DNA of 64,000 bases from Octopus sinensis (taxonomy: Eukaryota): positions 62,001-126,000 of the forward strand of contig NW_021825710.1 of NCBI RefSeq assembly GCF_006345805.1. The letters are read 5' to 3'. Below the pieces are notes generated by a model. That model was given only the letters and a program-made list of their open reading frames with translations, made no database searches and was not told the DNA's origin. The first letter of the stretch is position 1, and every line of letters begins with the position of its first letter. This document shows positions 52,366-64,000 of this stretch, piece by piece. The position numbers and the translations under genes are program-made.

Positions 52366-53493
52366 AAGAAAGAATAGAGAATTAGGAAATATTTTCGAAA
52401 CAATCATGAATTTATAAAAACATCGTGATTTTCTTGAAATAACGAAACGAAAATGAAATATGGTTTACTACAGAAGTGGTACTGCAGTGCTTGCAAACAT
52501 AAGAATTCTAACTTATTTTCTTGACTCATACACCATTACACTTTATAAATACTATGATTTTGTTTAATGTTGTTGTTTTTAATTAGACACATCAAGGTAA
52601 CCAAAATGTTATTTTTTTTCTTGTCATGCACATGTATTTACGATGATAATATTGTTTTAAATATTGTTTCTAATTAATTACTCATAAGCTTTTTTCATCT
52701 CCTCTTAATGTTCGTTGCTTTTCAAAAAAAAATTTCTTTTTTTTTCTTTTTCTTTTTTGGCTCCGCTAAGACATCATTTTCGTATCACTATTTCAAGTAA
52801 ACCACGATAAACTTGATAAATTTTTATACTTAGGTGCGTATCGTTTTTATCTCCTTTTATTTGTCTCAGTCACTGGAATGAGGCCATGCTGGGGCACTGT
52901 TTTGAAAGATTTAGTGGAACAAAATAAGTACTTATTTCTATAAAGACTGGCACTTATTTTATCGATCTTTTTTGCCGAGCCGTTAGGTTACAGGGACGTA
53001 AACGAACCAACACCATTTGCAAAGTGATGCGAGAGGATTTGTATTTAGAACGTAAAGAGCCGGGAGACAGAATATCCGTAAGAGCTCAATGTAGTATTAT
53101 AAATACATGAAACTAAGAGAACTTGAATACGTTGGAATATTTCTAAACTATCCTATTCCCCAAATCCTCATAAACGCCTTTTGGTAGACCAGAAGTCAGT
53201 ACGATGGATAATGGAAGGGCAGAGTCGTGAGATTCTCCGGTCCAATTTAGCCAGTGGGTTTCCAAAGCAAGCAATCCAAAATATTTTACATGTTTTTCAG
53301 ATTTAAATTATATCATATTTCGTTTTAATTGTTGTCTTTCATCATTTTATACTCATTTCTTGTTTTATAACATCCGCACTACTCTCCACGTTCTTTATAT
53401 AACTTACTTTGTTAATTTTCAATGTTGTTAGCATCTGTATATTCATAGTATGTATTGATTCCTTGAGGCTAATAATTAAATAACTATTATTAA

Positions 53494-53900
53494 GGTGGTG
53501 AGCAGACAGAATCGTTAGCGCGCCCGACAAAATGCTTAGCGACATTTCATCCGACTTTACGTTCAGAGTTAAAATGCCGCCGGGATCGACTTTGCCTTTC
53601 ATCCTTTCAGGTCGAGCACTGGGGTTGATGCAATCGCCTAGCCCCCAAGATTTCAGGCCTTGTGCGTATAGTAGAAAGAGTTATTGAAAGGCGGCGAGCT
53701 GACAGAATCGTTAGCACGCCGGACAAAGTGCTTAGCGGCATTTTGTCTGTGCTTATTTTCTGAGTTCAAATTCTGCCATGGTCGACTTTGCTTTTCATCC
53801 TTTCGGGGTCGATAAAATAAGTACCAGTCAAGTACTAGGGTCGATATAATCGACTTACCTTCTTCCCTCAAAGTCTGCTGGCCCTATGCCAAAATTTGAA
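53494..53900 (+). mobile_element. Two tandem SINE family 1 copies
   Basis: GGTGGTGAGCAGACAGAATCGTTAGC at 53494 and GGCGGCGAGCTGACAGAATCGTTAGC at 53690, each with a B-box-like GAGTT(C/A)AAA. Confidence 0.85.
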
Positions 53901-53945
53901 ACCAGTGAAAGCAGGTAATAAAAACAAGACTACTGAAATATAATA

Positions 53946-54076
53946 ATATTTCAGTAGTCTGTTTTTATTACCTGCTTTCACTGCACTATCGAGCGTATCT
54001 CTGTGTGCTTTGGGTATGTGCTGTGGTTTGTTATTGTATTGAAAATGCGGTGAGTAGTAGTGCTATTTTCTGTATG

Positions 54077-54124
<48 letters not shown>

Positions 54125-55745
54125 TATATAGGGAGAGTTCACGAAAAAAACAAAAGACGAAGACAGGTGGTATTGAAAACAAGCAGATGTATTAGTATAA
54201 CGCTCAGGAATTGAAAAAGTCTTTTACGTTTCGAGCCTACGCTCCTCTACAGAAAGGAACACAGAAAGAAACAAGGAAAGAAACAAGGAGAGAAAAAAAT
54301 GTGTGTAGTAGCTACCGATCTATATATATATATGCGTAAGTCCTGGTGTTTTGGCTATGTATTTATCTGAATGTTTTTTTAATCATGCCCAATGCACCTA
54401 TCATAATAGGGAGTATTTCTGTTTTTAGGCTTTACATTCGGGTTATCTCTATTTCCAGATCTTTGTATTTTGAGAGAATTTCCGTTTCTTTTAGAGATAC
54501 ATTACCATCTGTTGAGACTGATACGTCGATTATAAGGCATTTTTTCTTGGTCATCTCTGACAACTATATCTGTGTGCATTGGAATATCCCAGAGTATGGT
54601 TGTTTTATCATTTTCTGAAACCTTTTCTTGCATATGCCTATACCATCATTTTTCTGTTGTTATTCCAATGTAAGGGCTTCTCTCACCATTGTTTTATCAT
54701 TTCTGTAATCCTATGGTGATTATTTTATAGTAGTTTTCTAGTTGTATAAGACCTCTACCACCTTCAGTTCGTTGTATATATAACCTATCTATGTTAGATT
54801 TTGGATGGGGTATTCTAAATTCCGCCATTATTTTTCTTGTTTTCCTGTCTAGTTTGGTTAGTTCATTTGGTTTCAATTAAGAATATTGTAACTGTATCTT
54901 ATAACTGGGAAAACTAGAGTTTTGATACCTATTATCTTGTTTTGTTTTGTTTTTTTGCACTGAGCTCTGTTTTTAAGTATTACTCTAACTCGTCTATAAT
55001 ATTCCTTCCTTAACTTTGCTTTCATTTGCGTGTGTTGTACCGTATGTAGTTCATTGATTCCCTAGGTTTGGAAAAAATCTCTTATTTCACTTTCTTTATC
55101 TAGTGTGATATTTTTACTCTTAGCTAGTTTTCCTCTTTTCAGGGTTGCTTTGGCACATTTTTCTAAACCGAATTTCATATTTATTTCTTTGGTAAATCCA
55201 TGCACTCTCTGTAGTAATGTTTCCAGTTGTTTATCATTTGCAGCATACAGTTTTAGATCATCCATGGCTGGTTGTTTTACGGTGGCAGTTGTATCTACAT
55301 CCTGTTCAGTTTTGCATGTCAGTGCCAGGCAGAAAAGGAGTAGAGAGAGGGAGTCTCCTTGGAATATTCCTCTTCTAATGGGGATGGCTTTAGTCTGGTG
55401 CTGCAGCACTGTTTGCCATTTATTCATGGCATGTCATATATTTTATTATTGTTGGTGCTACCTTGTTCATAGTGTTTCTAAGATCCATGTGTGGATGATA
55501 CTAAGCTTTCCATGCTTAGGCCCTTCTTTATCTTTTGGCAGTCTTTAGTTATGGCTTTGTTGATCAATAACTGATCTTTACAGCTATATCAGCCTTTGCA
55601 GCACCCCTTCTGCTTTTCTGGAAACAAGTTGTTTTCTTCTAGACGTTAGGCCATCTTTTGAGATATTATTGAGGTTAATGTCTTGGGAGTTGTAGGGAAA
55701 CTTGTTATGGGTTTGTAGTTTTTTGGGTTTGTAGTTTCAGTGGAT
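53946..55745 (-). mobile_element. 5'-truncated, internally deleted R4/Dong-like LINE (same family as 16531-17918), interrupted by a PLE terminus
   Basis: NYKPIT, QKGC, DQLLINK, RRGIFQGDSLS.LLFCLAL, MDDLKLYA, MKFGLEKCAK; 3' UTR at 53946-54050 matches 17820-17918. Confidence 0.85.
54130..54325 (-). mobile_element. PLE terminal repeat with variant mini-hammerhead (54221-54257), in (TA)n
   Basis: Minus CTTT-CTGTAGA-G-GAGC(GTAG)GCTC-GAAA-CGT-A-AAAG. Confidence 0.7.
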
Positions 55746-59560
<3,815 letters not shown>

Positions 59561-59880
59561 TCCTCTTTTTATTTGTATATACACGTGCACATGTATGTAC
59601 ATACACATGTATATAAATAACGTGCTCGCATTGTGTCGCCTCCATAACAACAGTATTTTCATTACCATCATTGTTCTACCTATATCATTTTAAATTACCA
59701 ATTATAATATGGGTCCCGGTATATTGCAGCATATTTTCGTCACTATTTATCAAATATTCGTCAAGCGTCCTCCTTTCACTCCTTATACAATGGTCTATAC
59801 TAATTAGTCCTCTCCCACCATTCTTTCTTTTCATATGCAGTCTGTTTATGTTTGCAGTTAACATTTATTATCATTATTAT

Positions 59881-59942
<62 letters not shown>

Positions 59943-60019
59943 TTTCCATTTATTATTAAAAGGTATTATTAAATGTTGTTTAGTTTCGAATTTTGTCTTG
60001 TGTTTGAGATAATCATAAA

Positions 60020-60250
60020 TATCTGAGTGTTGAAGGGAATAGTTGGAGGAAGAGTTGTTACTTGGTGCATAGACCAAATTGTACAGGTCTGTAAATAGAT
60101 TCGGCATATGGTGAGGAGTTCAGCAATGGACATTCCTGTGCGATAAGGAGACGAGGTTTTACGCCCCTTGGGTCAGCAGAGGTCAAATGTGTTTACTGCA
60201 ACTAGCGATCAATGAGAGTGCTGAACTTGGCCTTGGAAAGTAGTAATTCA
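60020..60250 (-). mobile_element. CR1-like LINE 3' fragment
   Basis: Decayed post-RT segment (KFSTL.., ESIYRPVQFGLCTK*QLLPP). Confidence 0.35.
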
Positions 60251-60947
60251 CTTTGTTTTATTTTTAATTAGTGATAGAAAAATTTATATTATATATACAT
60301 CGTTGAATTTTTGAATTTCTGAATTTTCTTGTTTTTTTTTCTTCCTTTTCTTTTTATAAGTTTTGCTGTTATTTACAGTTTTTGTAATTGCGCAGTTTGT
60401 ATATATTGGCAAGTGCTTACCTCCTTAATAAAAAAAATTCTGTTTTTTCGTACATTTGCGTTGTTGCAATAAAAGGTATGTTTATATATTCGGGTAGTCA
60501 GGGAGAAAAAGAACGATAAAATTTTCACACAAAATTTTAGATAATAATGTTTTTAAGTTTTCTAGAAATATTCGTTTGTATGTCCAATTACAGAAGGAGA
60601 GTAAAATTTTTACAGAAAGTTGTAGATATTAAAGTCTTAAGATTTACTAAAGATGGTCTTTTGTATGTCCGCACAGAGAAAACTGTAGTGTTCTTAAAAT
60701 AAAAAGGATGTTTAAATTTTCGAATATTCAGGGAGAAAGGAAAGGATAGGTATTCACAGAAGTTGTAGATGTTAAAGCTTTTAAAGCTGATCGTTTGCAT
60801 GTTCGAAAACTGTAGATATGTAAGTTTCTTAACTTATTTTGATGAAAATTTAAAATACTCAAAGGAAATCGTAGATATTCCTGTCTTTGAGAGTTATTTT
60901 TCCGTTGTCCTGCTGGGTTATATTAGTGTTTCTGTGTCTTCTGCTGA

Positions 60948-61015
<68 letters not shown>

Positions 61016-61021
61016 TTTATT

Positions 61022-62178
61022 TGCACAGTTTCTAACGCTGGAGATGTACTACGGTGCCAGCTGTTCACTACCAGTGAACTAAGATAACACCCCTTATTTT
61101 TCGAGCGGTTCCAAGGAGTGCTGTTTTCTGCAAGTGTTCCACTCTTATTGCAGCCCCTATTTGTTCCATGTTTTTCTCAAGAATTTTACTAATTGTTCCC
61201 AGGGATCCGACAATTATTGATACTATTACCACCATTTTTAGCGACCACAACTGCTTAACCTCTCACGCTAACCTGTTATATCTATCGACTTTTCTTTCTT
61301 CCTTATCGCATACCTTGTTATCAGCTAGGCATGCTATATCTATGATCCAGCATCATTTGCATTCTTTCTCAATTAACACTATGGCTGACTTCCTAGTCTC
61401 TAACTCATGGTTGCACTGAATCATAAAATCCCATTGTAACTTTGCATTATCATTTTCGATGATGATGACTTCGGGTTTATGTTCGTCCCACTTTTTTAAT
61501 CTGTCAAGTTCATACTTGTTGCAGAGTGTCCAATGGATAATCCTTGCTATATTGTCATGACGTCACTTATATTCTCTCTGGGCTAGTGGCGCACAAGGAC
61601 TGGTAATATGCCATACGGTTTCACCATTTTGTCCACAGATTCTCTTATCACTTTCTGATGTGTTGTCTATTCTGTATTTGATGTAATTCGTTCTTTTAGT
61701 CATCCATAGCTATCTTTTTTTTCTGTCTGTCTATCTTCAACATCCCTATGAAATTGTCCATGCATTCTTTTCTTTTTCCACCTATTTTCAGTTTCATTCC
61801 TTCTCACATGCTTGTACAGTGCTTTATCTTTGTAATGTTCCATCGTACACAAGTCTGACCTTCTTGCTTCCAATAATAGTGGTTCTGTAGCATTTTTTAC
61901 ATAGCATGCTATGTTGTTTTCTTTTGTTCTAATGCTTTGTTCGCATCCAATCAGTCCTCTTCCCCCTCTTTTTCTTGGTACATACGGTCTGTCTGTATCA
62001 CTTTTTGGGTGGAGTATCCCATATCTAGTCAGCAACTCTCTTGTCTTTCTGGCTAAGCTGTTTAGTTCGTCTACTGTCCATGCGATTACCCCTGCTCCAT
62101 ATCTAAGGAGTGAAACCGCCCAGGTGTTGATAGCTTCAATATTATTCCATCCGTTTAATTTCGGCTTAAGGATCACTT
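61022..62178 (-). mobile_element. 5'-truncated R4/Dong-like LINE
   Basis: LNGWNNIEAINTWAVSLLRYGA, LHPKSDTDRPYVPRKRGGRGLI, MHGQF, RHDNIARIIHW, WDFMIQC, ARKPDI, VIVSIIVGSLG, QKTALLGTARK; (TAA)n tail 60949-61021, (TAA/TGA)n upstream. Confidence 0.9.
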
Positions 62179-62464
62179 ATTACTATTGTCATCATCGTCA
62201 TCATCATCATCATCATTATTATTATTATTACTGTTGTTGTTGTTGTTATTGCTATTTTGTAAAGTCTTCTTTTTATTGGAATGTAGATTGGAATGTAAAC
62301 AAAAGAATATCAAGTAAGAACGGGAAACAACCAAGGAAAAGCAAAAACAATCAGTCGTATTGCTAAGTGCCCAGCGAAAAAAACTGTTTAATCTGGCATC
62401 GGATCGAGTAGCATAATATTTGCTGGATGTCTTATGTCGCATGATACATTATTAAATAAGCAGT

Positions 62465-62522
<58 letters not shown>

Positions 62523-62867
62523 ATAGAAGGATGGCATTTCATTCTTCTACGTGCCTCTATTATCGCTTTAAAAACAGCTGGAATCAAGGAAGTAGTGTAG
62601 GAATTTCGGAAGTACAATTCACAACTATATTCTATTTAATCATTTGAATAATAAATGCCACACTCAGTTTCCTTTCGACAAATATATTAACATCTTCACT
62701 GGCAGATTTTCTGGAAATGCTTATATACTCTCCCTAAAAACGTGTGGTTATAAACCAATATCATAGATTCATATATGGTACATATCGGACTCGAAATTTC
62801 GAAATTCTTTCATTTACTTTTCATTAAAACCTCAAACTTGAAACCATATAAAATACTAACAGTACTT

Positions 62868-62945
<78 letters not shown>

Positions 62946-63437
62946 TAATGTATGTATATAAGTATCTATGAATGAATGAATGAATGAGTGAATGAATGAA
63001 TATGTTTTACTTAGGGGTTAAGTTTTTTTTTTTTGCCGAATTCAAGTCGGTCACTAACAAAGCCGGATAGCTCCCTTGTCTAAGTCGAGACCTCTTGTGG
63101 TTTACGGATGTCTGAGTTTATCGATGTGTGTGTGTATGTATGTGTGTGTACTTGTGTGGATAAATTTCCGCTCATGTTCTGGGTGTACGTGTATAAGTCT
63201 GTGTACGTGTGTGCTTCATTGCAGTTTATATAGGTGTATACCAGCGAGTATATTCCATATCAACATGTGACTGTTCAAATATCCGTACACATTAATGTAT
63301 GTATGTATGTATGTATGTATGTATGTATGTATGTATGTATGTATGTATGGATGTATGTATGTATGTATGTGTGTATGTATGTATGTATGTTTGTATGTAT
63401 GTATGTACGTACGTACGTATGTATGTATATATGTATG

Positions 63438-63632
63438 TAAGGTCACTTTTGAGTGCTACTGGTAACATGTAACCCAATACAACCTGTTGCATGGTCGGGT
63501 CGTCGGCGACTAAACCGGCAACCGCACCAAGCTTACTTGGTGAGGAGGGTGTTTATTGGACACCCTGCGGGATGAAAAACAAAACCCGTCAAAGGGCGGA
63601 GGAACTCTTGAGAGTCAACGGCCATCCAATAA

Positions 63633-63637
<5 letters not shown>
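63438..63637 (+). mobile_element. Isolated copy of the first ~200 nt of the RTE 5' UTR
   Basis: About 95% identical by eye to 2210-2412; preceded by (TATG)n 63295-63437, ends in (CT)n. Confidence 0.9.
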
Positions 63638-63685
<48 letters not shown>

Positions 63686-63820
63686 ATCTTTTCTCTTGTG
63701 AAAGAAAATATTTAATTTATAGGCCTTGCCTATAAATATTTTTTGTAAGAATGTAAATGGTTCTTCCGCCATTACAAATAAGGCGTCGGAGAATTTAAAA
63801 AGAATTAAATTAAAACAAAT

Positions 63821-64000
63821 TTTCCTGAATTTTTTTCTGAGGAATTGGGTCTTTGCAACAAAACAGAGGTGAAGTTTCAAGTGAAAGAAAACGCTATACC
63901 GGTATTTAAACCAAAAAGAACGGTACCTTTTGCAGCGTTGAAACAAGTCAGCAAAGAATTGGTTAGACTTGAAAAGCTTGGCGTTATTGAAGAAATTAAT
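63821..64000 (+). pseudogene. Ty3/Gypsy pol fragment (segment just before RT), truncated by the window end
   Basis: FPEFFSEELGLCNKTEVKFQVKENAIPVFKPKRTVPFAALKQVSKELVRLEKLGVIEEIN, typical of K02A2.6-like Gypsy polyproteins. Confidence 0.8.

Overview
Eukaryotic, microsatellite-saturated genomic DNA with no recognisable host gene, rRNA/tRNA gene or CRISPR array. The SINE families and repeat landscape suggest an octopus-like cephalopod (inference). Nearly all non-microsatellite sequence is transposon-derived and defective: one near-full-length RTE LINE (2210-5951); at least six R4/Dong-like (restriction-like endonuclease) LINE fragments; CR1-like scraps; Penelope-like elements (PLEs); pogo/Tigger, piggyBac, Tc1 (IR/DR) and mariner remnants; several MITEs; tRNA-derived SINEs; a solo LTR; and a Ty3/Gypsy pol fragment at the right edge. 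Most short ORFs in the track are microsatellite read-through or antisense noise. Three signals stand out. (1) Type I hammerhead ribozymes: five copies with an intact catalytic core sit in two unrelated tandem-plus-inverted repeat clusters inserted in (TA)n (497-nt unit at 11.5-12.5 kb, 564-nt unit at 47.0-49.0 kb), which is the layout expected of circRNA-producing retrozymes or PLE pseudo-LTRs; three more variant hammerheads occur elsewhere. (2) A three-unit, ~6.1-kb tandem array (39198-45323) has outer ends and internal junctions that match Helitron termini (A|TC ... CTAG|T, internal CTAG|TC), consistent with a rolling-circle-amplified composite Helitron that captured a mariner fragment. (3) Different LINE clades sit in specific microsatellites: RTE in (TATG)n, one R4-like family in (CATA)n, and Dong-like copies in trinucleotide arrays. 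All structures were read by eye; no folding or database search was run.
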